A stretch of 64,000 nucleotides of DNA from positions 179-64,178 of the forward strand of contig PNAP01000025.1 of the NCBI GenBank assembly GCA_003169735.1. Reading direction: 5' to 3'. Position 1 is the stretch's first letter, and each line of letters starts with the position of its first letter. The notes beneath the pieces are model-generated. The model made no database searches, had not been told where the DNA came from, and worked only from the letters and a program-made list of their open reading frames with translations. This DNA is from Chloroflexota bacterium. GTDB taxonomy: Bacteria; Chloroflexota; Limnocylindria; Limnocylindrales; CSP1-4. Shown one piece after another: positions 17,739-26,603 of the stretch. The position numbers and the translations under genes are program-made.

Positions 17739-18989
17739 ATGAGCGACGCGCGCCCGGAAGGTCCGTCGCGCGGCCCACTGGCCGGCCTCCTGGTTTGCGA
17801 CCTCTCGACCGTGCTCGCCGGCCCGTACTGCACGATGCTCCTGGCGGATCTCGGGGCGGAAGTCATCAAGGTCGAGCCGCCGACCGGCGATCCGACCCGA
17901 CTGTATGGCCCGCCCTACGTCGGTGGCACGGCCGGCGGCGATCCGGGCGAATCGGCCTACTACCTCTCGATCAACCGCAACAAGCGCGGCATCGCGCTCG
18001 ATCTCAAGTCCGACGCCGGCCGCGAGGTCCTGCGGCGGCTCATCGCCCGCAGCGATGTGCTCGTCGAGAACCAGCGGCCGGGCGGCATGGACCGGCTCGG
18101 ATTCCCCGACGCCGAGTTGGAGCGCCTCGATCCCCGCCTGGTCCGACTGTCGATCAGCGGTTACGGTCAGTCCGGCCCGGACGCCGACAAGCCCGGCTTC
18201 GACTTCATCGCCCAGGCGGTCTCCGGACTGATGTCGATCACCGGCCAGCCCGATCGGGCCGACGGACAGCCGACCAAGGTGGGCGTGGCCATCTCCGACC
18301 TGACCACGGGGATGCTCGGTGCAGTGGCCATCCTGGCGGCGCTGCGTGAGCGCGACGTTTCCGGGCGCGGCCAGCGCATCGATCTGAGCCTGCTCGACGC
18401 GACCGTCTCGTGGCTCATCAATCAGGCCGCGAACTACCTCGTGGGCGGCGTGGTGCCGGGGCGGATGGGCAACCTGCATCCCAACATCACGCCCTACGAG
18501 ACGTTCCCGACTGCCGACGGGGAGATCGCCGTGGCGGTCGGGTCGGAGCGGCAGTGGGTGAGGTTCTGCGAGGCTCTCGGTGTCGCGGCGTTGGCCGCCG
18601 ACCCGCGATTCGCCACCAACGGCGCGCGTGTCGCGAACCGTGACGCGCTCCGGGCGCTGTTGGCGCCGCTGTTCGCGGCACGCACCTCGGCCGTGGCGCT
18701 GGCCGAGCTGCAGGCGGCCGACGTGCCCTGCGGCGCGGTCCGCGACCTCGCCCAGGTCTTCGCCGATCCGCAGGTCATCGCCAACGAGATGGTGGCGACG
18801 GTCGAGCATCCGACGATCGGTCCGCTGCGCCTGACGGGCATCCCCTACAAGTTGAGCGCGACGCCGGGGAGCATCCGCCGACCGCCGCCGCTCTTCGGCG
18901 AGCACACCGACGAGATCCTCGCCGAACTCGGATACGCGCCGGCCGAGATCGCCACGCTCCACGCCGAGGGCGCTGCGCGGCGCCGTTAA
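17739..18989 (+). CDS. CoA-transferase family III (CaiB/BaiF) protein
   Basis: N-terminal PLAGLLVCDLSTVLAGPYCTMLLADLGAEVIKVEPP signature. The ATG at 17739 is preferred over the GTG at 17727. Divergent from sulfotransferase B with only an 18-bp gap. Confidence 0.8.
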   Translation: MSDARPEGPSRGPLAGLLVCDLSTVLAGPYCTMLLADLGAEVIKVEPPTGDPTRLYGPPYVGGTAGGDPGESAYYLSINRNKRGIALDLKSDAGREVLRRLIARSDVLVENQRPGGMDRLGFPDAELERLDPRLVRLSISGYGQSGPDADKPGFDFIAQAVSGLMSITGQPDRADGQPTKVGVAISDLTTGMLGAVAILAALRERDVSGRGQRIDLSLLDATVSWLINQAANYLVGGVVPGRMGNLHPNITPYETFPTADGEIAVAVGSERQWVRFCEALGVAALAADPRFATNGARVANRDALRALLAPLFAARTSAVALAELQAADVPCGAVRDLAQVFADPQVIANEMVATVEHPTIGPLRLTGIPYKLSATPGSIRRPPPLFGEHTDEILAELGYAPAEIATLHAEGAARRR

Positions 18990-19022
18990 GGTCAGCGCCG
19001 ATCCGTCATCGCGTGGTCACCG

Positions 19023-20351
19023 ATGGTGGGAAGCGTAGGCTTGTCGGCGATGATCTTCTCTCGTGCGCGCTGGGTCGCGGTCGCTCTCGCGCTCGGGGCC
19101 ATCGCCGTGGTCGAGTTGCTGAGTGACACCGTGCTCGACTCCGCGCTGACGTTCCCGTGGAACACGCTCATGGTGGTGGCCACCATCGGCATCGTGGGGG
19201 CGCTCGGCGCTGTGCTCGCCTTCCGGAGCATCGATCGGCTGGCCGCGACGCTGCGCGAGCGCAACGCGGAGTTGGAGGCGAGCGAAGCCGCCACGCGGGC
19301 GCTGCTTCGGGTGAGCATCTCGTTATCGACGCTCTCCGAACTCGACCAGATCCTGGGCGCGGTCGTCGAGAACGCCCGCTCGCTGCTCGCCGCCGACGTT
19401 GCGTTGCTCGTGCTCTTCCGTTCCGATGCCACGCTCCGCCTCGCCGCGTCATCCGGCCCAGCTGCCGCCTTCGTCAGCACCGGCGAGCAGCCTGGCACGG
19501 ATTTCCGGCGTTTCGTGGATCCGACGATGGTGCGCAGCCACCTCGCGGCACCGGTCCAACGCGCCGGACGCTCGGTCGGGACGCTGGCCGTTGGTTCCCA
19601 AGAGGAACGGGCCTATGGCGTCGACGCCGTCGAGATCCTCGCCTCGCTCGCCAGCCAGGCCGCCGTCGCCATCGAGAACGAGCGGTTGGCCGAGCAACTG
19701 CGCGAGCTCGCCATCCGCGGCGAGCGCGAACGCATCGCTCGCGAGATGCATGACGGGTTGGCACAGGTGCTCGGCTACGTCAACACCAAGTCGCAGGCGG
19801 TCGAAGAGCTGCTGGCCGGCGGACGCACCGAGGCGGCCCGCGCCCAGCTTGCCGAGCTGGCGGCAGCGGCCCGGTCGGTCTACGTGGATGTGCGTGAAGC
19901 CATCCTCGGCTTGACCAGCCCCATCGCGCCCGAGCGCGGCCTCGTCGGGGCCATCGAGGAGTACGCCCGACGCTTCTCCAGTGCATCGAAACTGGCGACG
20001 TCGGTCGAGGCGAGCCCCATGGCTCGCGAAGTGCGCCTCGCTCCGGAGGCGCAGGCACAGACGTTCCGGATCGTCCAGGAGGCGCTCACGAACGTGCGCA
20101 AGCACGCCGCGGCGCATCGCGCTTCGATCGCCGTCGACTCGGACGCAGGGGAGCTCCGGGTGACGGTCCAGGACGATGGCCGCGGCATCGGGCCCGACCC
20201 GGGCCAGCCCGGCGAGTGGCCGCGTTTCGGCATCAAGGCGATGCATGAGCGCGCCGAGGCGCTTGGCGGGACGCTCCGGATCGAGCGCACGGAGCCCGGC
20301 ACGCGGCTCGTGCTGAGCGTGCCGCTCGGTGCCGCGCTCGAGATCGGCTGA
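19023..20351 (+). CDS. Membrane-anchored GAF-domain sensor histidine kinase (HisKA_3/NarX-type)
   Basis: Two N-terminal TM helices, a GAF domain, an H-box RERIAREMHDGLAQ typical of HisKA_3, and a HATPase_c domain (DDGRGIG). Confidence 0.8.
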   Translation: MVGSVGLSAMIFSRARWVAVALALGAIAVVELLSDTVLDSALTFPWNTLMVVATIGIVGALGAVLAFRSIDRLAATLRERNAELEASEAATRALLRVSISLSTLSELDQILGAVVENARSLLAADVALLVLFRSDATLRLAASSGPAAAFVSTGEQPGTDFRRFVDPTMVRSHLAAPVQRAGRSVGTLAVGSQEERAYGVDAVEILASLASQAAVAIENERLAEQLRELAIRGERERIAREMHDGLAQVLGYVNTKSQAVEELLAGGRTEAARAQLAELAAAARSVYVDVREAILGLTSPIAPERGLVGAIEEYARRFSSASKLATSVEASPMAREVRLAPEAQAQTFRIVQEALTNVRKHAAAHRASIAVDSDAGELRVTVQDDGRGIGPDPGQPGEWPRFGIKAMHERAEALGGTLRIERTEPGTRLVLSVPLGAALEIG

Positions 20352-20995
20352 TGCGCATCCTGCTCGCCGACGATCACTCGCTGTTCCGCGACGGTGTCGC
20401 GTCGCTGCTCGAAGCGTGGGGCCACGAGGTGGTCGGCCAGGCCTCCGATGGCGCCGAGGCCATCGTGCTGGCCGATCGATCGCGTCCCGACCTGGTTCTG
20501 ATGGACGTCCGGATGCCGGTCCTCTCCGGGCTGGCCGCCACGCAGCGCATCAAGGCCGACCACCCTGAGATCCCCATCGTCATGCTCACCGTCAGTGAAG
20601 ACGAGGACGACCTCTTCACCGCCATCAAGGCCGGCGCACAGGGGTATCTGCTCAAGAACCTGGAGAGTCGTCAGTTGCGCCGCATGCTTGAGGCGGTGGC
20701 CCGCGGCGAACCAGCCATCACGCCAGCCACGGCAGCTCGGATCCTCGAGGAATTCGCGCGCATCGACAGAGCCGCCGGCGCTCCGGCCGACCCCGATCGC
20801 CTGACCGACCGCGAGCTGGAGGTACTCGGGCTCGTGACCCGTGGCCTCCGCAACAAGGAGATCGCCGCGCGGCTGGGGATCAGCGAGAACACTGCCAAGT
20901 TCCATCTGAAGAACATCCTCGAGAAGGTGCATGTGCGGAGCCGCACCGAGCTCGCCGCACGAGCGGTCCAGCAACGGCTCGTCGCGGGCGACTGA
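20351..20995 (+). CDS. NarL/FixJ family response regulator (REC + LuxR-type HTH)
   Basis: MRILLADDHSLFRDG...DLVLMDVRMP receiver plus LTDRELEVLGLVTRGLRNKEIAARLGISENTAKFHLKNIL HTH. TGATG overlap with the kinase stop. Confidence 0.9.
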   Translation: MRILLADDHSLFRDGVASLLEAWGHEVVGQASDGAEAIVLADRSRPDLVLMDVRMPVLSGLAATQRIKADHPEIPIVMLTVSEDEDDLFTAIKAGAQGYLLKNLESRQLRRMLEAVARGEPAITPATAARILEEFARIDRAAGAPADPDRLTDRELEVLGLVTRGLRNKEIAARLGISENTAKFHLKNILEKVHVRSRTELAARAVQQRLVAGD

Positions 20996-21057
20996 CCAGC
21001 CCAGCGACTGACCAGCCGAGCCGGCGGCCTCACCGGCACGGGCCGGATGGCCCCCCG

Positions 21058-21082
21058 GCGCCTACCCGTATGAGTAGGGCGC
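21058..21082. promoter_or_regulatory. Imperfect palindrome GCGCCTAC-ccgtatga-GTAGGGCGC upstream of the oxidoreductase operon; contains NarL-heptamer-like TACCCGT / TACTCAT
   Basis: Read directly from the sequence. It lies between the response-regulator stop and the first candidate start of the ferredoxin-GltD gene. Confidence 0.25.
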
Positions 21083-21097
21083 ATCCCCTGCCATCGC

Positions 21098-23122
21098 ATG
21101 TGGTCGTCGGGCTCGCGGGCCGCGATGCTCCGGGACATGGGCTATCGCATCACGATCGATCGGACCGGCTGTATCAACTGCGGCGTCTGCATGGATGTCT
21201 GCCCCGTGCAGGCGCTCGACATGACCCGACCGAACCGTCCCGGTGTGGAGACGGGCGGGCACGGAGCGCCTCTCCGTTGGATGATGGAGTTCCCGACCCA
21301 GGTCGGAGAGTGCATCGGCTGCTCGATCTGTATCCGGGAGTGTCCGGTCGAGGTCATGACCCTCGACGCGGTGTCCGGCTTGACGCCGCTCCAGCCCCGC
21401 CAGGGACCGATCACCCCGCCGTCGCCGATCGGCAACGCGTGGCTGCCGCTCGGCCTGGTGACCCGCGAATCGCTGAAGCCGGATCACCCGGAGCCATACG
21501 ATGGGCTCCACAGTTGGCGCACCTCGGAGCGTCCGCAGTCGTGGCAGGTGTGGCGGACCATGCTGGGCGACGCTCGCCCCGATCCCATCGCCCCGTGCCA
21601 GGCCGCCTGCCCGGCGGGAACTGATGCCGGCCGATACGTCGGCCTGATCGGCAAGGGCCTCTATGCGGATGCCTATGCGGTGGCGGCCGAGGTCAATCCG
21701 TTCCCGTCGGTCTGCGGATGGATCTGCACGGCACCGTGCGAATCGGCCTGCCGCCGGGGGACCCTTGACGAGCCGATCGCAATCCGTGACCTGAAGCGAT
21801 TCGCAGCCGAAGCAGGCAAGTTGCCATCGATCGAGCCGCCAAAGCAGCGCCGGCCCGAGAAGGTCGCCATCGTCGGTGGCGGACCGGCCGGGATGTCCGC
21901 CGCGTACTACCTGGCGCGTCTCGGCTATCCGGTCACCGTCCTCGAGGCGATGCCCGTGCCGGGCGGGATGATGGCCATCGGCATCCCCGAGTACCGCCTG
22001 CCGCGCGACGTGCTGCGCGAGGAGATCGGCCGTATCGTCGGCCTGGGCGTCGATCTTCGCCTCGACACGGCGATGGGCCGCGATTTCACGCTGAGCGACC
22101 TGGAAACGCAGGGCTATCGCGCCATCTTCGTGGCGACGGGCGCGTCCAAGAGTCGGCGCCTGGGCGTCCCCGGAGACGAGTCACCGGGCGTCGTGCCCGC
22201 GACCTACTTCCTGAAGCAGGTCAACCTGGGCGAGAAGCCCAGGCTATCCGGACCGGTGATGGTCGTCGGCGGCGGAAGCACCGCCATGGACGCGGCGCGG
22301 TCCGCGCTTCGCAGCGGCGCGGCGTCAGTGACGATCCTGTATCGCCGCGATCGCGCCGACATGCCTGCGCAGGCCGAGGAGGTCGAGGCGGCGGAGCGTG
22401 AGGGCGTCGTCGTGCGCACCGGTACCTCGGTCGTCGAGGTCCTCGGCGACCACGGCATGACCGCCATCCGGATCGTTCGCCAGGAACCGACCGGTAAGGT
22501 CGAGAGCGGCCGCGCCCTCTTCGCTCCGGTTGCGGGCAGCGAGGAGGAACTGCCCGCGACGACGCTCCTGGTGGCCGTCGGCGAGGAGCCCGACCCATCG
22601 ATCCTGCCCGAGGGGGCCGGCATCGAGGTCAGTGCCTTCGCGGGCATCGCGGCCGACCGACGGACGCTGGCCACCGGTCGCGCTGGTGTCTTCGCCGGTG
22701 GCGACGTCGTGTCGGGCCCCAAGACCATCATCGACGCGGTCGCGGCCGGGCGGCGAGCCGCCGCGTCCATCCACGAGTATCTGTCTGGCGCGCGCGACGG
22801 CGAGGCCGAGATCCTGGCCACGGTCCGCTATCGGACCGCCCATGAGAAGGTCCTGACCGTCAACCTCGCGACCACGCCGCGCACGCACCGCCCGCTGCCG
22901 ATGTACGAGCCGGGCTCGTTCACCGCGACGCAGGTCGGCTTCGACGAGACCGCCGCGCGCCACGAAGCGAGCCGGTGCTTCCGCTGTGACGCCGTCTACC
23001 GCGCCGCCGAGGTCGACGTCGTCGACGGTCGAGGACCCGGTCGCTCGGGGCCACCGACGATATCCACCGCCATGCCGGGAACAACGCCGGCACCCTTCAC
23101 CACACCGGAGGTCGCCTCATGA
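21098..23122 (+). CDS. Fusion of a 2x[4Fe-4S] ferredoxin domain with a GltD-like (glutamate synthase small subunit / DPD PreT-like) FAD/NAD(P)-binding oxidoreductase
   Basis: CINCGVCMDVCP and CIGCSICIRECP ferredoxin motifs; GltD-type cysteine clusters PCQAACPAG and CGWICTAPCESACRRG; FAD fold KVAIVGGGPAGMSAAYYLARLG; NAD(P) fold VMVVGGGSTAMDAARSA. The ATGs at 21125 and 21137 are alternative starts. Confidence 0.8.
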   Translation: MWSSGSRAAMLRDMGYRITIDRTGCINCGVCMDVCPVQALDMTRPNRPGVETGGHGAPLRWMMEFPTQVGECIGCSICIRECPVEVMTLDAVSGLTPLQPRQGPITPPSPIGNAWLPLGLVTRESLKPDHPEPYDGLHSWRTSERPQSWQVWRTMLGDARPDPIAPCQAACPAGTDAGRYVGLIGKGLYADAYAVAAEVNPFPSVCGWICTAPCESACRRGTLDEPIAIRDLKRFAAEAGKLPSIEPPKQRRPEKVAIVGGGPAGMSAAYYLARLGYPVTVLEAMPVPGGMMAIGIPEYRLPRDVLREEIGRIVGLGVDLRLDTAMGRDFTLSDLETQGYRAIFVATGASKSRRLGVPGDESPGVVPATYFLKQVNLGEKPRLSGPVMVVGGGSTAMDAARSALRSGAASVTILYRRDRADMPAQAEEVEAAEREGVVVRTGTSVVEVLGDHGMTAIRIVRQEPTGKVESGRALFAPVAGSEEELPATTLLVAVGEEPDPSILPEGAGIEVSAFAGIAADRRTLATGRAGVFAGGDVVSGPKTIIDAVAAGRRAAASIHEYLSGARDGEAEILATVRYRTAHEKVLTVNLATTPRTHRPLPMYEPGSFTATQVGFDETAARHEASRCFRCDAVYRAAEVDVVDGRGPGRSGPPTISTAMPGTTPAPFTTPEVAS

Positions 23123-23751
23123 CACCAGACCAGGTCTCCGGCTTCTTCGCTGCCGGCGAGAGCTTCGTCGAGGGGACCATCGCGGCCGCCCTCGTCGCGT
23201 TCTGGTTCATCGTCGTGGCCGTGCAGCTGGCACGTCCCTACATGCTCCGCAACCTGAAGAAGTTCACCCTGCGCCTGGGCGCCGACCTGTGGTGGATCAT
23301 CTATGTCGGGCTGCGAGATCTGCTCATCGTGTCGCTGTTCCTCGGCGGGTTCATCTTCTTCTACCCCGATGTCGTGGCCGCTCAGGACCTGCCCATCACC
23401 GGTGGCCTGGCGACCGCCTGCGTCTTCGCCGTAATGCTCCTGAAGCTCGTCTCGAAGGGCGAGGCGGATGTCCGGAGCTATCGCCTCCAGACATTCCTCA
23501 TCGGGCTCGGGGCGACCCTCTACATCGTCCCGTACATCCTGGGCGTCCAGGTCACCCAGCTCGGAGGGGACTCCGCCGACTGGCTGGCCTCGATCTTCGT
23601 CAGCTCGCGCAACACCGATGTGTCCCTGCCGCTGGCATACCTGTCCGCCGCGTTGGTCGGGATCATGGCGCTGGTGGCCGTCGCCTACAACCTGCGCCAG
23701 CCCAGCGCTCGACCGCAACGTGAGATGTCGACCGAGGAGACCGCTCGATGA
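23119..23751 (+). CDS. Integral membrane protein (about 5 TM), paralog A of an operon-specific pair
   Basis: ATGA overlap with the upstream gene and GGAGG Shine-Dalgarno. Hydrophobic helices. Shares ARPYML, G-D-WW-YV-RD and YIVP-I-G blocks with the next gene. Confidence 0.6.
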   Translation: MTPDQVSGFFAAGESFVEGTIAAALVAFWFIVVAVQLARPYMLRNLKKFTLRLGADLWWIIYVGLRDLLIVSLFLGGFIFFYPDVVAAQDLPITGGLATACVFAVMLLKLVSKGEADVRSYRLQTFLIGLGATLYIVPYILGVQVTQLGGDSADWLASIFVSSRNTDVSLPLAYLSAALVGIMALVAVAYNLRQPSARPQREMSTEETAR

Positions 23752-24395
23752 GTGCCGACGACTTCACCCACGCCCTGGTAACGGGCGGTTCCGCATGGCT
23801 GGTCCTGTCGGTGTCGGCGGTCCTGCCGATCCTGTGGGCGTTCACGCTGATCCTCCACTTCGCTCGACCGTACATGCTGCAGTTCCTGCAGACCCTCACG
23901 CTCCGCTTCGGGGGCGACGTGTGGTGGCTCGGCTACGTCCTCTTCCGTGACGGGCTGATGCTCGTCACGCTCGTCCTCAGCATCACCTTCCTGTTCCCGA
24001 ACCTGTACATCGGCCTGGGCCTGCCGCTCACCGCGCCACTCGCCGTGGTCGTGCTGTTCTGGGCATTGACCGTCAAGTTCCTGCGCGACACCGACGACGA
24101 CCAGAAAGCCTTCCAGCTCGAGAGCGTGCTGTTGATCATCGCCTCCGTGCTGTACATCGTCCCGCAGATCTATGGCCTGGAAGCGACCGACCAGGTCGAC
24201 CGGCTGAACTCGGTCGGCCTCGGATGGGTGCCGGGCACGCTCGTGGCGCAAACCGACAGCGGCGTCAACGGCCTCGCCTGGCCGATCCTCGCGGTCAGCC
24301 TGCTGCTCTTCGCCGTCACCGGCGCCGCACTGTTCTGGCGGTTCCTGATCGGCATCGGCCACGAGGCGGAAACGGAGGACGCGACCGCCGCCTGA
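23748..24395 (+). CDS. Integral membrane protein (about 5 TM), paralog B
   Basis: ATGA overlap with paralog A and GAGGAGA Shine-Dalgarno; collinear motif blocks with paralog A. Confidence 0.6.
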   Translation: MSADDFTHALVTGGSAWLVLSVSAVLPILWAFTLILHFARPYMLQFLQTLTLRFGGDVWWLGYVLFRDGLMLVTLVLSITFLFPNLYIGLGLPLTAPLAVVVLFWALTVKFLRDTDDDQKAFQLESVLLIIASVLYIVPQIYGLEATDQVDRLNSVGLGWVPGTLVAQTDSGVNGLAWPILAVSLLLFAVTGAALFWRFLIGIGHEAETEDATAA

Positions 24396-24414
24396 TCCTC
24401 TGCCCTCACTGGGA

Positions 24415-24445
24415 ACGTGAGCCGGGCGTCATGCCCGGCTCACGT
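24415..24445 (+). terminator. Strong GC hairpin (13-bp perfect stem ACGTGAGCCGGGC / GCCCGGCTCACGT, 5-nt loop) 20 nt after the membrane-protein B stop
   Basis: Read directly from the sequence. There is no U-tract, which is common in high-GC genomes. Confidence 0.5.
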
Positions 24446-24539
24446 GATTCGTGGCCACATCTGCCGATGCGAGCCCGGGACACGGTCGCGGCGAGGATTC
24501 CCGATACTTGGCGGCGATCACCTCGCACGGAGCGGACCA

Positions 24540-25358
24540 TTGACCGACACGCGCGAACGCTGGGCGCTCATCCTTGGAGCCAGCAGCGGATTCGGGGAGG
24601 CGACGGCACTCGCCCTGGCCGCCGATGGGTACGAGATCGCCGGTGTCCACCTCGATCGACGAGAAGGACAGCGGCACGCCGACGAGATCAGGGCCCGCAT
24701 CGAGGCGATGGGCCGGCGCGCCGCGTTCTTCAACGGCAACGCCGCCGACGATGAGAATCGGGCCGCGGTCATCGGCCGCGTCGCGGCCATCCTCGCCGAG
24801 CGCCGCGCCGCAGGCGCCCAGCCGTACGTCCGGGTGATGCTCCACTCGCTCGCGTTCGGCACGCTCAAGCCGTTCCTGGCCACGGCACCCGGCGACGCCA
24901 TCAGCCGCCGGAACATGGAGATGACGCTCGATGTGATGGCCCACAGCCTCGTTTACTGGGCGCAGGACGTCTGGCGCGCCGGCCTGTTCGGCGACGGCTC
25001 CAAGATCTACGCCATGACCAGCGAGGGCTCGACGCGGGTGATCGCCTCGTACGGGGCGGTCAGTGCCGCCAAGACGGCGCTCGAGTCGCACTGCCGCCAG
25101 CTGGCCATGGAGTTCGCCCGACTCGGCACCGGCGTGACCGTCAATGCTGTTCGTGCGGGCGTGACGATGACGCCGGCCCTGATGCAGATCCCCGAGCGCG
25201 ACAAGCTCATCGCCCATGCCAACGACAAGAACCCGATGGGCCGCATGACCACCGTCGACGACGTTGCCGCCGCCCTCGTCGCGCTGTCCGGTGACGGCAC
25301 ACAGTGGATCACCGGCAACGTCATCGGCATCGACGGCGGCGAGCTTGTCTCCGGCTGA
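24540..25358 (+). CDS. SDR family NAD(P)-dependent oxidoreductase
   Basis: Rossmann start ALILGASSGFGEATALALAADGY and a YxxxK region (YGAVSAAK). The TTG at 24540 with GGAGCGG 5 nt upstream is preferred; the 41 codons upstream (from the GTG at 24417) are Cys/His/Arg-rich, with no homology. Confidence 0.7.
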   Translation: MTDTRERWALILGASSGFGEATALALAADGYEIAGVHLDRREGQRHADEIRARIEAMGRRAAFFNGNAADDENRAAVIGRVAAILAERRAAGAQPYVRVMLHSLAFGTLKPFLATAPGDAISRRNMEMTLDVMAHSLVYWAQDVWRAGLFGDGSKIYAMTSEGSTRVIASYGAVSAAKTALESHCRQLAMEFARLGTGVTVNAVRAGVTMTPALMQIPERDKLIAHANDKNPMGRMTTVDDVAAALVALSGDGTQWITGNVIGIDGGELVSG

Positions 25359-25391
25359 GCTCGGGCTGAGTGCGGGATCGCTGAGCGGTCG

Positions 25392-26234
25392 GTGATCCTC
25401 ACCCCGGGTAGTGACGTCGCTCTCCTGCTGGTCAGCGTCGCGGCCGGGCTCCTCGGTGCGCTGGGCGGGGTCGGCGGCGGTCTCATCGTCGTGCCGGTCC
25501 TGACCATCATCTTCGGCGTCGACATCCACCTCGCTGCTGGGGCCAGCATCGTGGCAGTCATCGCGACCAGCTCCGGAGCTGGCGTCGCGTTCGTCCGCGA
25601 CGGACTTGCCAACATCCGCATCGCGATGTTCCTCGGGTGGGCGACCGCCATCGGAGCCATCGTCGGGGCACTGGCCGCATCGGAGCTGCCGGCATCGGTG
25701 CTGCTCCTGGTGCTGGCCGCCGTCCTGCTCGTCTCGGTTGCGATGCAGCTGCTCCGGCTGAGCGAGGAACCAGGATCGGAGCCGCTGCCCGCGCACGACC
25801 GCTTCCGCCTGTCCGGGTCCTACTACAGCATCCGGCTGCGAAGCGAGGTGCCCTACGCCAGCCGACGCGTGCCGCTCGGGCTCGCCCTGATGGCGGTGGC
25901 AGGCGTCGTGTCCGGGCTGCTCGGCATCGGATCGGGTGCCGTGAAGGTGCTCGCCATGGACGGCGCGATGCGGCTGCCCATGAAGGTCAGCTCCGCCACC
26001 AGCAACCTGATGATCGGTGTGACCGCGGCGGCATCGGTCGGCATCTACCTGGCCCGCGGCTACGTGGACGCCCGTCTGGCGGCCCCGGTCGCCCTGGGCA
26101 TCCTGATCGGCGCTCTCGTCGGTGCCCGGATGCTCGGCCGGCTCACCAACCGCAACGTCCGCGTGATCTTCATCCCGGTGCTCCTTGCCATCGCCGTCGA
26201 GACGCTCCTGCGCGGCCTGGGGGTCGGCGCATGA
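25392..26234 (+). CDS. TauE/SafE family sulfite/anion exporter (DUF81)
   Basis: Two-repeat 4+4 TM topology with Gly-rich TM starts (GALGGVGGGLIVVP, GLLGIGSGAV). Confidence 0.8.
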   Translation: MILTPGSDVALLLVSVAAGLLGALGGVGGGLIVVPVLTIIFGVDIHLAAGASIVAVIATSSGAGVAFVRDGLANIRIAMFLGWATAIGAIVGALAASELPASVLLLVLAAVLLVSVAMQLLRLSEEPGSEPLPAHDRFRLSGSYYSIRLRSEVPYASRRVPLGLALMAVAGVVSGLLGIGSGAVKVLAMDGAMRLPMKVSSATSNLMIGVTAAASVGIYLARGYVDARLAAPVALGILIGALVGARMLGRLTNRNVRVIFIPVLLAIAVETLLRGLGVGA

Positions 26235-26590
26235 CCGACACTCGTCTTGACCGCGCGATCGCCCTTGTGATGCGCGTCGGCGTCACCGTCAGCGCCACGC
26301 TCATCACGGTCGGCTTCTTGCTGGCGCTGGTCCTCGGCTGGGCCGGCAACGGCACATCGGCTGACGCCGCCGCCCTCGACACGACCGACTTCGCAAGGCT
26401 GCTGGAGAGGCTGGGGGATTTGCAGCCGCTTGCCATCGTGCAGGCCGGCCTGCTGGTCCTCATCGCCACGCCGGTCGTCCGCGTCGCCGTGACGGCGATC
26501 GGCTTCGCGCAGGAGCGAGACCGGCTCTATGCCGCCACGTCGGTGGTTGTCCTGCTCCTCCTGCTGGCGAGCCTGCTGCTGATCCGATGA
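26231..26590 (+). CDS. DUF1634 family small membrane protein (TauE partner)
   Basis: ATGA overlap with the tauE stop; 119 aa with two TM helices. This is the internal portion of ORF 25637..26590, whose upstream part is out-of-frame junk over tauE. Confidence 0.6.
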   Translation: MTDTRLDRAIALVMRVGVTVSATLITVGFLLALVLGWAGNGTSADAAALDTTDFARLLERLGDLQPLAIVQAGLLVLIATPVVRVAVTAIGFAQERDRLYAATSVVVLLLLLASLLLIR

Positions 26591-26603
26591 GCCGGGGAAT
26601 GGC

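Noticed and set aside
17721-18962. N-terminal 400 codons of the 710-aa minus ORF 16830..18962
   Set aside because: It is antisense to the clearly homologous CoA-transferase gene. Only the last 296 codons (sulfotransferase B) are real.
24417-24539. GTG-initiated 41-codon extension of the SDR gene
   Set aside because: The extension is Cys/His/Arg-rich and contains the terminator hairpin of the upstream operon. The TTG at 24540 has a proper Shine-Dalgarno.
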